A stretch of DNA of 64,000 nt, taken from positions 2,349 to 66,348 of the forward strand of contig JAYUQG010000014.1 of assembly GCA_043756865.1 (NCBI GenBank). The letters run 5' to 3'. This document shows, one piece after another, positions 35,180-44,826 of this stretch. The first letter of the stretch is position 1. Each line of letters starts with the position of its first letter. Origin of the DNA: a bacterium. GTDB lineage: Bacteria > Patescibacteriota > Minisyncoccia > Phycocordibacterales > UBA6899. The position numbers and the translations under genes are program-made. The notes below the pieces were generated by a model. It was given only the letters and a program-made list of their open reading frames with translations, was not told where the DNA came from and made no database searches.

Positions 35180-36922
35180 CTAGCCGGTCCAGTTGGAGAG
35201 CATAATCGAAAAGTCGGTGAGATTGACGATGCCGTCCTGATTAATATCTGCCGTCTCATCCGCCGTTCTCCAGTGAAACAACAAAATGGAGAAGTCAACG
35301 AGATTCACTTTTTTGTCTTTGTTTAAGTCTGAACGGTTGCCCATGTCGGGGTTCGGCTCCTCGCCGATACCCACATACACGACTGGCGATAAGAGGCTTT
35401 GATCTTTGCTTGAAATGAGAGAGATCATCTTTGCCTCATATGTCCCCTTTTTGAGCCCTGCGGTGGGGAGTGTGATTGACCAACCGCCGCTACCGTTTGC
35501 AGTTGTTGTTGCCGTCACTATCTTTCCCGTACTGGCCTCACCCTGCTTCGTCATAATTGCACGCACGTCTCGAAGCGCAATCGCGTAACCCGAAAGCACG
35601 AGGTCACCACCGAGTGCCACCGTAGTCGACGAACGATTGGTCGTTGGAGACAAATATACGGGTGCAATAATATTGTTTGACTTTGCAATAAGGTAAATAG
35701 TTGAAGAATAGGTCGAAGAATTTCTACCGTTTGCGTCACGCATGTATACACTCCATGTATATGTCCCACGCGGAAGGTTGGTAAATTTTTCAGAAAATTC
35801 TCCAAGAACGCTGACCACTGACTCCCTCACGTTAACTCCATCCTTGAGAAACACCGCGGTTACCCCAGGTGCGGCTTTTCCTTCGATCGTCACGTCACCA
35901 CCTGAAAGGAAGAGTCCTCCGCCGCCTCCCGGCCCTGATGGGCCGCCGCCTCCTGACGGAGGTGGGGGTGGAGGTGCGGGAGGAGTTGCCGTCGCACTTG
36001 GCACCACTCCCACCTCAAAGTTAATAAGATAGTCCGCGATATTGGGAATCTGTTGTGCATTCGCACACCGTACATAGAAATTATAAATAGTATTCGTCGC
36101 CGTGGTCACCGGTATGTAGTGCAGCGTAGCAACATTCGCTTGGGTAAAAATTGTCGAGGAGGACATAGTAAAGTACGGGACCCCAGCGGTCGTTGCATAC
36201 TTACACATCGCAAAAATATTGGTGTTGAGCGACATAAGCACACTTGCCGTTGTTCCCGGCAGAAGCCCTGTGGGCAAACCATTTGAGAGAACAGGAGGTG
36301 GGAATTGTTGCACGACTGCGCTCATTTGCACAGGATCGACAATAGCAATAATTGCTCCCTGTACATCAATCTGCACATCGCTTGCATCGCGCGTTTCAAT
36401 ATTTATGCGGTGTGAACCCACAGTTGAAGGTGACGTGATAAACTGATCCCCCGCCCCCCCAAAAAGTGCGATTGAACCTATTTCGATGGCCACCGTAGAA
36501 CTCGCGGCAATCCCAGCACCCGATGAGAGTGTAAGTGTAATCATACTAGGTGGGCCCGACGCCACACCAACGCCGTCTGCGACAGCAGACGGGAGTGTTG
36601 CAAGTGACCTCTCAGTAAAGGGCCCCGATGATGCGACTGCGGTAGAAAGGTCTATATCGGTAAAATCTAGTGCGCCGGGAATAGTGAACGCGGCGGCAAA
36701 TGTAAGCATTATTTTTCCATTGGCAGGAACGGCATTGGAGAGTGTAAACGTAACGGTGTGTGAAGTCGACGTAGACGATGGGGCCGAATTTGAAACAAGA
36801 TCACGCACATAGGTCAGATAGGCGGCAGATGCGTCTCGGGTAAAAAATGACGAAAACGCAATCACCAACACGGGTAGCAAGAGTAGTGCGCAAGTTGTCG
36901 AGTGAGTAAAACGGGAACGCAT
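35180..36922 (-). CDS. secreted dockerin-repeat protein with Pro/Gly-rich linker and Ig-like domain (paralog of 759..1940)
   Basis: ATG at 36920-36922 (MRSRFTHSTTCALLLLPVLVIAFSSFF; the ORF-track start at 36946 is GTG); PPAPPPPPPSGGGGPSGPGGGGG linker; C-terminal dockerin repeats DLNKDKKVNLVDFSILLFHW / DINQDGIVNLTDFSIMLSNW; GTTATAATATAGAT directly upstream of the ATG. Confidence 0.6.
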   Translation of the reverse strand: MRSRFTHSTTCALLLLPVLVIAFSSFFTRDASAAYLTYVRDLVSNSAPSSTSTSHTVTFTLSNAVPANGKIMLTFAAAFTIPGALDFTDIDLSTAVASSGPFTERSLATLPSAVADGVGVASGPPSMITLTLSSGAGIAASSTVAIEIGSIALFGGAGDQFITSPSTVGSHRINIETRDASDVQIDVQGAIIAIVDPVQMSAVVQQFPPPVLSNGLPTGLLPGTTASVLMSLNTNIFAMCKYATTAGVPYFTMSSSTIFTQANVATLHYIPVTTATNTIYNFYVRCANAQQIPNIADYLINFEVGVVPSATATPPAPPPPPPSGGGGPSGPGGGGGLFLSGGDVTIEGKAAPGVTAVFLKDGVNVRESVVSVLGEFSEKFTNLPRGTYTWSVYMRDANGRNSSTYSSTIYLIAKSNNIIAPVYLSPTTNRSSTTVALGGDLVLSGYAIALRDVRAIMTKQGEASTGKIVTATTTANGSGGWSITLPTAGLKKGTYEAKMISLISSKDQSLLSPVVYVGIGEEPNPDMGNRSDLNKDKKVNLVDFSILLFHWRTADETADINQDGIVNLTDFSIMLSNWTG

Positions 36923-36996
36923 ATCTATATTATAACAGAGGCACACAAGTTAGTACCGCGTCCACAGAGCTCCTATCCCGATAACACACATGCACA

Positions 36997-37866
36997 CTAG
37001 CGTGCACACCGAAATCCAACTGCAACACCGATAAATGACGGCTGAATCGTCGCGTTGATCGCATATATCCCCGCCTTTTCCTCCATCGACCAAAACCCCC
37101 CACGAAACATAGCACGTACTCCAGTAGACTCAATAAACCAGTGGTCACCACCAAACGTGTCTTGTGGCATGCTTCCGGTTGTGATGGGGACACCCCCAAG
37201 ATCGGCTTCACTCACGTATCCCTCAGTCGGAAGCGTGCGGTTGGAGTAGACTCCATCTGCCACCTCTGCATCAACCCATTCCCACACGTTTCCCACCATG
37301 TCGTAAGTTCCGTACGAAGACACACATGCATCATGACTTCCTGTATTGTCCGCACGTGCCTGCCCTGCGCGACCAAGCGCGCACTGTTTTTTGTCTTTGG
37401 AAACAGCGTCGGGGGTTCCCAAGGCGGCGCGGTACCACTCCTCGGGTGTTGCAAGATGTTTACCCGCACGGGCACACATGGACATCGCCTGGTGAAGCGA
37501 GATATTCACCCAAGGACGCTGGCCGGAATTCGATACAGCTCCACACTTTGGCTGCGCTATGTTTTCGTTTGTCTCAAATTGATTCAGTGGATCTTTGTGT
37601 CCACAAAACTCACCTGACGCAGCCTCATAGCGGTCAATGCAGAATCCACCCCCACCGCTAACAAATACCATATCGCTGGGACATTTTTCTTCAGTTATAC
37701 TGCCTCCCACACCAGCCAAAAGTGATACACCAGGGATGCGAAACGTATCACTTGCTTCAATAGCAAGTGTGGTGAGCACAATTGCTCCTCCCAATACAAC
37801 AATACTTTTCCATACGGAAACGGTTCGTTGCTTTTGCCGAGGAGGAGGAAGTCTCGTCGCATTCAT
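36997..37866 (-). CDS. membrane-anchored FGE/SUMF1-fold (formylglycine-generating-enzyme family, C-type-lectin-like) protein
   Basis: N-terminal TM; hallmark YDMVGNVWEWVD, RGGFWS and C-terminal GFRCAR motifs of the FGE-sulfatase domain. Confidence 0.6.
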   Translation of the reverse strand: MNATRLPPPRQKQRTVSVWKSIVVLGGAIVLTTLAIEASDTFRIPGVSLLAGVGGSITEEKCPSDMVFVSGGGGFCIDRYEAASGEFCGHKDPLNQFETNENIAQPKCGAVSNSGQRPWVNISLHQAMSMCARAGKHLATPEEWYRAALGTPDAVSKDKKQCALGRAGQARADNTGSHDACVSSYGTYDMVGNVWEWVDAEVADGVYSNRTLPTEGYVSEADLGGVPITTGSMPQDTFGGDHWFIESTGVRAMFRGGFWSMEEKAGIYAINATIQPSFIGVAVGFRCAR

Positions 37867-37905
37867 GAGTGTATTATACGTGATGTATCACCAAAGTGGC
37901 GCCTG

Positions 37906-38841
37906 TTATTTTGCACAGCGAAAACCCACAGCAACGCCAACAAACGAAGTAGGGATGGTTGCATTTAACGACGTAACTCCTGCCTTCTCCTCCATCGACC
38001 AGTATCCCCCACGAAACATTGCGCGCACCCCAGTATTGGCCGCAAAGAAATAATCTCGATGCCGGGTTTCTTCAGGTGTAATAGTTGTCATGAGCGGAAC
38101 GCCATCGACATCCACCACATCGACATACCCCTCGGCTGGGAGTGTCTCACCTTTGTAGACGCCGCCCCTGATCTCCCCGTCGACCCATTCCCATACATTT
38201 CCCACCATGTCGTATGTGCCGTACGAAGAGACGCATGCGTCATGACTTCCTGTGTTGTCCGCACGTGCCTGCCCTGCGCGACCAAGCGCGCACTGTTTTT
38301 TGTCTTTAGAAACAGTGTCGGGGGTTCCCAAGGCGGCTCGGTACCATTCCCCATTCGAGGGCAATCGTTTCCCTGCGCGCGAGCAAACCTCTTGTGCGAG
38401 TGTGAGTGAGATATTCACCCACGGTCGTGAATCTGGCTTTGATTCAGGCGCACATTGGGTTTGAATAAGGTTATTAATAGTTTCGAATTGGTTCAGTGGA
38501 TCTTTGTGTACACAAAATTCTCCTGCAGATGCTTCGAAACGGTCAATACAAAATCCGTCACCTTCACCAGTCACGTGCATCATTTCACTTGGGCAACGAG
38601 ATACGTTCTGGGTTCCCACTGCTGCTAGCTGCGTACTGTGAGGAGTTTTGAGTGCGTCACTTGCATGTATAATGAGGGTTGAGAAGACCGAAGCCAGTAG
38701 CACAATAAGTGCGGCACGCCCGAGATTACGCGGACTCTTGCGCTTTGGCACATCCTTTTTGGGTAGTTCATGTTTGGAAGCAACGCGTACTCCGCAGCTC
38801 TTGCGCAGGACCACTACTCCATGAGGTGAACGGTTCATCAT
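37906..38841 (-). CDS. membrane-anchored FGE/SUMF1-fold protein, tandem paralog
   Basis: same motifs (YDMVGNVWEWVD, RGGYWS, GFRCAK); a roughly 130-bp tract (38222-38355) is over 90 percent identical to 37307-37440 in its neighbour. Confidence 0.6.
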   Translation of the reverse strand: MMNRSPHGVVVLRKSCGVRVASKHELPKKDVPKRKSPRNLGRAALIVLLASVFSTLIIHASDALKTPHSTQLAAVGTQNVSRCPSEMMHVTGEGDGFCIDRFEASAGEFCVHKDPLNQFETINNLIQTQCAPESKPDSRPWVNISLTLAQEVCSRAGKRLPSNGEWYRAALGTPDTVSKDKKQCALGRAGQARADNTGSHDACVSSYGTYDMVGNVWEWVDGEIRGGVYKGETLPAEGYVDVVDVDGVPLMTTITPEETRHRDYFFAANTGVRAMFRGGYWSMEEKAGVTSLNATIPTSFVGVAVGFRCAK

Positions 38842-39290
38842 AGTCGCGTCTGTAGCTCTCCTTCGTGAGGACTTGGGTGCGATGCACTCACTCCCCGTTT
38901 CCAGTCAAGATAAAAGTTAAACAGTACAAGTAGGATAAGTACAAGCGACACAATCCCGAGCACAATAAGTGTGAGTTTATTGTTTGCGGCAATGGTTTCA
39001 CGGTATTCACGCCCAAGTGCTTCCTCGCGAGCAATCAGCGACTTTTCACGTTCTGTAAGTTCTGTTTGTTTTTGTTCAAGTGCCTGCGCAAGTGAGTTAA
39101 ATTCATTATCGGGAATTGCTGCACCGATACCGATTACCGAAGCCATATTTTCATAAGTAAAGTCTTGGATATGCTTCGCAGAATTACCAAGTGGTGCAAA
39201 TTGAATGACAGACACCAAAACAATGGCGAACGCCGAATATCGGAAAACAAGCCAGAAACGTGACTGCATAAGCGCGGCTAGCATATACAC
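38838..39290 (-). CDS. membrane protein with N- and C-terminal TM helices and central coiled coil
   Basis: 150-aa ORF; stop overlaps the start of the downstream FGE gene (ATGA at 38838-38841), suggesting translational coupling. Confidence 0.4.
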   Translation of the reverse strand: MYMLAALMQSRFWLVFRYSAFAIVLVSVIQFAPLGNSAKHIQDFTYENMASVIGIGAAIPDNEFNSLAQALEQKQTELTEREKSLIAREEALGREYRETIAANNKLTLIVLGIVSLVLILLVLFNFYLDWKRGVSASHPSPHEGELQTRL

Positions 39291-39357
39291 CTCATTGTAG
39301 CGCTAAAGCGCACATGGGTAAATGCGCTAATGAACCTTGTGTGCGCCCCTGCAGTTG

Positions 39358-40425
39358 CTATCCAACGAGGAAGAGCAGCACAACAAAACCTAAAATCACC
39401 GAGAGAAGGACTGCAATAACCACAATCGAGAGTTTCGAGAGCGCTGACGTATCCTTGCTGCTTGCCACTCTCTTACCGCCGGTGGCGCGAGAAATTTGTC
39501 GATTCACATACATTCGCAAAAGTACATAAAAGACGAGCAGGAAAACGAGGAGTCCTCCCAGAATCGGCAAAATGATGTTCAAGGGAATTATCCAGAAACT
39601 GAGTGTGGAATTGAGATTCTGCATACCCTGTGAGCCCTCGATAACAAGAGTGAGGTCAGCTCTGTACTTCCCTATTTGTAGTTTGTCGCTTGTCCAATCC
39701 ACCGTATAGGTGCGCTTCGATTTCGGGAATACTGAAGCACCGCCGTTATTAAAGGTAAGCGTTTCTACCTTGGTACCAAACATATTGATGATGTCGACAA
39801 AACCCTTTGGACGTGCAAATACATTGCCCATGTTGTCGATACGTGCACTAAATGTCACATTTGGCTGGTCATAAATCACCTTGTCGGCAAAAAACTCACC
39901 GAGGCGCGTGTCTTCAACAATATCGCCGGAAATACGAATAGCGAGAATTGAACCAACCTCATAACCGACAGCACTTCCTACAAGATTCGCAGGAGCTGCG
40001 GTGGAAATGGCGACCAATCCGATATGAGCGCCGGGGCCAGCAGTTGAGGGCACTTTTACGGTAAACCGGAGCTTCGCAGCACTTCTGGCAGGCACCCGAA
40101 GTTCACTCACATCAAAAGTTACCCACGATGAAAGTTCGTAGTCATTTGGATCCCCTGGCTTCGCAAATATAGGCTGTCCGCTTTCCGCAATTCCAACGAT
40201 ATCGCGGACTCGAGGATAAAATATCTCTGCTGTATCGCTCACATTCACAATATCCAGTGTATGTGCAAACATCGCCCCTGGATCGGTGCGCTCTTCTATG
40301 AGCGGAGGAGTGATTTTTGCTCCAATTTGTTCCTGCGCAAGTAGCGCATGAGGCGCAAAGACGAGTGCAGTAGCGCACAAAAGCGCGGCAATGACGCGAC
40401 GTGAGGGTGATGTAATGAATGCCAT
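39358..40425 (-). CDS. CscA-like (DUF916/DUF3324-type) cell-surface protein with C-terminal TM anchor
   Basis: ATG at 40423-40425 gives signal peptide MAFITSPSRRVIAALLCATALVFAPHALLA; AKITPPLIEE motif; C-terminal FWIIPLNIILPILGGLLVFLLVFYVLL TM plus basic tail; the upstream 93 codons of the ORF-track model are unlikely to be coding. Confidence 0.5.
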   Translation of the reverse strand: MAFITSPSRRVIAALLCATALVFAPHALLAQEQIGAKITPPLIEERTDPGAMFAHTLDIVNVSDTAEIFYPRVRDIVGIAESGQPIFAKPGDPNDYELSSWVTFDVSELRVPARSAAKLRFTVKVPSTAGPGAHIGLVAISTAAPANLVGSAVGYEVGSILAIRISGDIVEDTRLGEFFADKVIYDQPNVTFSARIDNMGNVFARPKGFVDIINMFGTKVETLTFNNGGASVFPKSKRTYTVDWTSDKLQIGKYRADLTLVIEGSQGMQNLNSTLSFWIIPLNIILPILGGLLVFLLVFYVLLRMYVNRQISRATGGKRVASSKDTSALSKLSIVVIAVLLSVILGFVVLLFLVG

Positions 40426-40582
40426 AGTAAAACTTGAGGTAGCGTTAATAGCGATAAATAAAGGTAGTGACAGTATACCTTGGCTTGTCCCACCCATCAA
40501 AGCAGCAACCCCGCAAGTGCGGGGTTGCTGTGTGGATAACCGTCCGGGTTTCCAAACGTGCTGGCAATTTGTCGAGCGCTGT

Positions 40583-41710
40583 CTAGAAAACTGGTGTACA
40601 AATGTACGTGAGTATATTTGCATAGTCAGTAGCCGCCTCCTGAAGCGCTCCAATCTGTATGCGGTAAGCCACCGTGGTCGTACCGATACCAATCGTTGTC
40701 CCATTTACTGGTGCGGAGTGGTACATAACGAGAAGCGGAGCTAGAGGTGCGAAGTTGCCTGTATAGAGTGTTCCTCCAGTAAATGGGTTTCCCGGTAACG
40801 TAGAGTCATCACTGGTGACACCAAAGTGACCATAGGTATTTTCTGAGCCAAGAATACTCGTGGGGGCAGACCACGCAGCAGGTGCTGCGGGGACGCCGTT
40901 TGCAAAGTAGTCAATATCGGCACCCGTATTTGACGTCAATGCTGCATTTGTCACGACAGTTACTGAATAGCCATTTTGCGCATTGGTTGATACCGATAGG
41001 AGCTGAGCACCAATTTCGTCATCAGCAACATCCAATGTACCGAATCCTATACCTGTAGCAGTGGTGGTTGTTGAAGTAGTTTGGCCACCAGTAAGTACGG
41101 TACTTGATGCAACTCCGGTAATTGTGAAGGTAAGCGATGTTGGCACACTCGCGCTCATGGTTACACCCTGAAGGATGGCCACGCGAGTATCTCCATTATG
41201 GGTCTGAGTACCTGCGATACGGATGACGTACGAACCAACAACGTTGGGGTTCGTAATACGGTTATTTGTAGCAGGAAGGGATATTGTTCCTAAGGGAATA
41301 GTATCACCAGCACAAACAGTGAGGGTGATTATATCCGGGTTAGAAGTGAATGCAACGGTTGCTTCATCTGTCCCAGCGCCACAGGCTCCAACAACAGCGA
41401 GACCTGTTTCACCGACAAAGTCTGCCGCAACAAGTCCAGCAATAGCAAAGAGACTTGTTGTTGGGTCGAGCTCTATGGTAATTGTTTGCCCTGCAGTAAC
41501 TGCCGCTGCTGATGTCCACAAAAATGTGTGATTCGTCGCGGTGGAGGTAGCGGAGCTGACGATCGTGTCGGAAACACTTGTCAGTGCCGCTGCTGATGCA
41601 ACATTAATAAAAGAAGGCAAACCCACTGCCCACGACAGCGTGGCTGCGATAAGAAACACTCCAAGCTGCTTTGCTCGTGAGAGTTTTTTGAATGAACGCG
41701 TATAGCTCAT
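40583..41710 (-). CDS. secreted protein with C-terminal WxL-like domain
   Basis: ATG at 41708-41710 (MSYTRSFKKLSRAKQLGVFLIAATLSWAVG signal peptide); C-terminal roughly 190 aa (IGFGTLDVADDEIGAQLLSVSTNAQNGYSVTVVTN...YANILTYICTPVF) align with the C-terminus of the 1790-aa protein (FGTLGVGVSEIGAHTLHVNTNATDGYQVLVSE...YETMIRYIVVPTF). Confidence 0.5.
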   Translation of the reverse strand: MSYTRSFKKLSRAKQLGVFLIAATLSWAVGLPSFINVASAAALTSVSDTIVSSATSTATNHTFLWTSAAAVTAGQTITIELDPTTSLFAIAGLVAADFVGETGLAVVGACGAGTDEATVAFTSNPDIITLTVCAGDTIPLGTISLPATNNRITNPNVVGSYVIRIAGTQTHNGDTRVAILQGVTMSASVPTSLTFTITGVASSTVLTGGQTTSTTTTATGIGFGTLDVADDEIGAQLLSVSTNAQNGYSVTVVTNAALTSNTGADIDYFANGVPAAPAAWSAPTSILGSENTYGHFGVTSDDSTLPGNPFTGGTLYTGNFAPLAPLLVMYHSAPVNGTTIGIGTTTVAYRIQIGALQEAATDYANILTYICTPVF

Positions 41711-41915
41711 AAAGAACTTTGTATAAAACGAATAATGGCTGTGAGAGAACTGCTGCATGTGTGTACGGTCTATATTTTTGATGTCTCTCCATTAGTGGGA
41801 TTAGAGAAACATAAAGACAACGCACCCCCGGACAGTGGACCACCAAGTCAGCGAATGACAAGATAATTCACCTAACCATTATTATACAATGAATAACGCA
41901 TAACGGGTGGATAAA

Positions 41916-42049
41916 CAGTGCGTAGGTGTGGATAAGCGCACCCATACTGTGGATACAGTTCAAGAAATATGCTTATTTACGAACAAACACAAAGTTTTTT
42001 TGCAAAATTCACTCGCAGGCATGTGGATAGCGTGGATAACCACGCTATA
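41916..42049 (+). promoter_or_regulatory. cluster of five same-strand DnaA-box-like 9-mers (TGTGGATAA and 1-mismatch variants)
   Basis: GGTGGATAA 41916-24, TGTGGATAA 41937-45 (perfect), TGTGGATAC 41958-66, TGTGGATAG 42032-40, CGTGGATAA 42041-49; AT-rich stretch CATTATTATACAATGAATAACGCATAAC just upstream. Confidence 0.4.
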
Positions 42050-42092
42050 ACTGCAACATGTTTGTGTTTGTCCTCTGTTTCCCCTGCTAGTA

Positions 42093-43403
42093 CTAAGGTA
42101 TGACGATATCCATTGCTCCGTTCTTTTTTATAACCATTTGGTATTCCCGCTCTGCCTTAAACACCGAAACAAAATACCAGCCAATCAGAAAAACACAAAC
42201 GAGGAGGACGAGCACAGAGCCGATAAACACACTGTAGCGTTTGATAAATCTAAAGTATGAAAATCGTCGTGCGGAGTGTCCCCTGAGCGAGCGGAGCTCT
42301 GCACCACCTTTTGCGAGTGGGCCATTAAGCACACGAAGTGTGAGGGCGGGTATTGCCTGTGCACTCGAATGTTTTTTGCCATCTACCCTTTGCTCCCCTT
42401 CTATTCGTGCATGCTCTAGCTGAATAGCCTCTGCAATGTAGCGGCGCAGCGCCCTACGGGTGAACCAGAAGAAAAAAGTCAGCGTGGTGAAAATGATGAG
42501 CAGGGGCACCCAAGGTACAACCCAAAAATGCACGTCCTTATATGCAGTCTTTGTCTTATCGTTACCGTAAGTAAGCACGGCGACGGCCTTGTAACGACCT
42601 ATGTCAAAAAAGTTTGACCCACCCTTCCATTCAAACGAAAATATACGAGATGCTCCCGGTAGTACCGTGCCGAATCGGTGCTCCTGATCAACAACAATTC
42701 GTCCACGTTCGCGCCCAAACATGTTAAAAATGATGATTTCGCCCTCGGGGTTAACGTGTACGTTGCCCGTATTTGTGAAACGCAAATCAAATCCTGCTTC
42801 TTGTTTCTGCACAAGGCCATGCTTGGGAAAAAGTCCGGTAATTTCTCCTTGTTCAATGATATTTCCCGATATCTTTACATAGAGAAGTGAGGAAACAAGT
42901 GAACTAAATGAGACATTACCTCCCCCACTTTGTGGGGAGGGGCCTATGAGTAACGCAGCATAGTGTCCACCCGGTTCGGCATTCATGGGAATTGTTATGG
43001 TAAAAGGTATGCGCACTTCTCCACCAGAAGGAACAAAAAAATCCTTATCGGAGAGCGTAACCCATGTCGCAAGTTCATGCGATGTTGGCTCATCTCTTGT
43101 CCCCGATGGAGCAAATACCGTCGCGCCGATTTGTCCATCAGCGCTGAAATTTTCGACAGTGGAACGGATTACCAGCTCGGTTTCCCCTCCATTGTGTAAA
43201 ATCACCGTACTTGACCACACTACTCCCCGCGCGAGGCCCAGCTGAAACAGCGGAGGTGAAACTGTCATCGTAACCCTCTCTGCGTGTTGCGGTGACTCCT
43301 CGGCAAAAAGCATATTCGGGAACAACATCCCAATAAGCAACAAGCAGGGAGTAAGGGCGCTGAGCACCGTGGAGAAAGTATTACGGAACGTTACTCCCGT
43401 CAT
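42093..43403 (-). CDS. CscA-like (DUF916/DUF3324-type) cell-surface protein with C-terminal TM anchor
   Basis: signal peptide; MTVSPPLFQ motif; C-terminal FWVVPWVPLLIIFTTLTFFFWF TM plus long basic tail; SD AAGAGGAAA 8 nt before the ATG; only 2 nt after the upstream paralog. Confidence 0.5.
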   Translation of the reverse strand: MTGVTFRNTFSTVLSALTPCLLLIGMLFPNMLFAEESPQHAERVTMTVSPPLFQLGLARGVVWSSTVILHNGGETELVIRSTVENFSADGQIGATVFAPSGTRDEPTSHELATWVTLSDKDFFVPSGGEVRIPFTITIPMNAEPGGHYAALLIGPSPQSGGGNVSFSSLVSSLLYVKISGNIIEQGEITGLFPKHGLVQKQEAGFDLRFTNTGNVHVNPEGEIIIFNMFGRERGRIVVDQEHRFGTVLPGASRIFSFEWKGGSNFFDIGRYKAVAVLTYGNDKTKTAYKDVHFWVVPWVPLLIIFTTLTFFFWFTRRALRRYIAEAIQLEHARIEGEQRVDGKKHSSAQAIPALTLRVLNGPLAKGGAELRSLRGHSARRFSYFRFIKRYSVFIGSVLVLLVCVFLIGWYFVSVFKAEREYQMVIKKNGAMDIVIP

Positions 43404-43405
43404 AT

Positions 43406-44746
43406 TTATTTCCTCTTTAAATCAACCACATGAGCGGGGTCAATTGGTTTTTTGACCTTTGCCACAAGGGTGGTGGGGGCAGGCATACGCTTAGGGGTGA
43501 TTTGAGATTTGGAAGGAATGGACTCACGCACAGGTGTGCTCGCCGGACTGCGTGCGACCATCGACAAAGACTCGGTGCGCATACGGGGTGGCGCGTAAGT
43601 CATTTTTGCCGGAATGCGCACCTCCGTAAACGCATTAATAGACGAAGTCGCAACATCCTCAATCTCTGCTCCTGATTTGCGCATATAGGGAAATGTAATA
43701 CGCGGAAAGTGTCCACGCAGCCGATCACGAAGTGTAAGTATGTCTGTCGGCTCATAAATTTCCTCGTCTTGTGCAGGTTCAACATCTGTCACATACACCA
43801 TCTTGCGCCCGCTCGTTGAATACGAATGAAAGAGGAGTGCAAGCATAACCATCAGCACCGAGAGTGAGAGGAAGTACGACAGAAGCTTCCCCCAAGGCAA
43901 AACCCAAAAGTACACCGTGTCCTGAATGACGCCACGGTCGCCATATTCGAGGTCGAGTATCGCTTTGTATTTACCGAACTCCCCTTGCGCAGCCCACACC
44001 GATGCGAGTTGTGCGTTGCCACTGGGCTCAATCTTTTCCCCATCTTCGTTTGCGGGCACAGAAGCAATCTCCTCTCCTTTTTTATCAAAGATGCGAATTG
44101 TCCCACGTGGTACCACACCGCGATTTCCTGTGTTTTCTATTCGATAATTAAACGATGCGGATTCGCCGCTAAAAATATTTTTGTCTGGTACGAAGGTGCC
44201 GAGTTGCAGATGCTCTTTTGCGTCATCAAGCACTTCAATATTGAGCATTACCTCGTGAGTAGCGTTTTTGTTTGCTTCCGCGCTGACTCGGTCGGGGCCC
44301 TCGGAAAAGTGCACGACCGCATGGTACATTCCCGGTTTTGCATTGAGATTTATCTGCACCAAGACGGGCACCTCGCGTTTGTCCCCTGGGAGTATGTCAA
44401 TCATGCTGCGTGTTACTTCTACCCAGCGCGTGAGTGACTCATGAGTCTCTTTTCCCTCGGTGCCACCAAGGTCTCGAGTACCACGCACGCCACTAACACC
44501 AAAGTCGGTCACCCACGGATAAATAGTGATTAGACGTTCACTGGCGTTTTCGATTGTCACGGTGTACCGAAGAATTTCGCGCTGCTTCCCTTTGCCGTCG
44601 ATCACCGCTGGCGTGACCACAATATCCTGCGCATACGCAATCGGCACAACTGCGGAAAAGCAGAAAAGGAGCGATATGAGCGCAAGTGCTATCCATCTCG
44701 TAGACCGAAATATCTTTGCAGAAAAATTGTAGAAGGTAGTCTTCAT
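43406..44746 (-). CDS. CscA-like (DUF916/DUF3324-type) cell-surface protein with C-terminal TM anchor
   Basis: ATG at 44744-44746 (MKTTFYNFSAKIFRSTRWIALALISLLFCFSAVVPIAYA); IVVTPAVIDG motif; C-terminal FWVLPWGKLLSYFLSLSVLMVMLALLF TM; CCATATAATAGAGTGTATTCA promoter motif before the ATG. Confidence 0.5.
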   Translation of the reverse strand: MKTTFYNFSAKIFRSTRWIALALISLLFCFSAVVPIAYAQDIVVTPAVIDGKGKQREILRYTVTIENASERLITIYPWVTDFGVSGVRGTRDLGGTEGKETHESLTRWVEVTRSMIDILPGDKREVPVLVQINLNAKPGMYHAVVHFSEGPDRVSAEANKNATHEVMLNIEVLDDAKEHLQLGTFVPDKNIFSGESASFNYRIENTGNRGVVPRGTIRIFDKKGEEIASVPANEDGEKIEPSGNAQLASVWAAQGEFGKYKAILDLEYGDRGVIQDTVYFWVLPWGKLLSYFLSLSVLMVMLALLFHSYSTSGRKMVYVTDVEPAQDEEIYEPTDILTLRDRLRGHFPRITFPYMRKSGAEIEDVATSSINAFTEVRIPAKMTYAPPRMRTESLSMVARSPASTPVRESIPSKSQITPKRMPAPTTLVAKVKKPIDPAHVVDLKRK

Positions 44747-44826
44747 TGAATACACTCTATTATATGGTATGTGGCGAGAAGCGAGGTGGGGACAAACCTT
44801 ATGTTGTGGAATATAAAACATATTCA

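Noticed and set aside
36997-38841. Possible DGR variable-region / template-repeat pair in the FGE-fold paralogs
   Set aside because: The nearly identical 130-bp tract is mid-gene rather than at the 3' end. Its few mismatches are not adenine-specific, and no reverse transcriptase is present in the window, so gene conversion is more likely.
39358-40704. Long N-terminal extension (93 codons) of the ORF-track model for the CscA-like gene
   Set aside because: An internal ATG at 40425 gives a canonical signal peptide matching the paralogs. The upstream 93 residues are Arg-rich with no structure and would overlap the neighbouring gene's 3' end.
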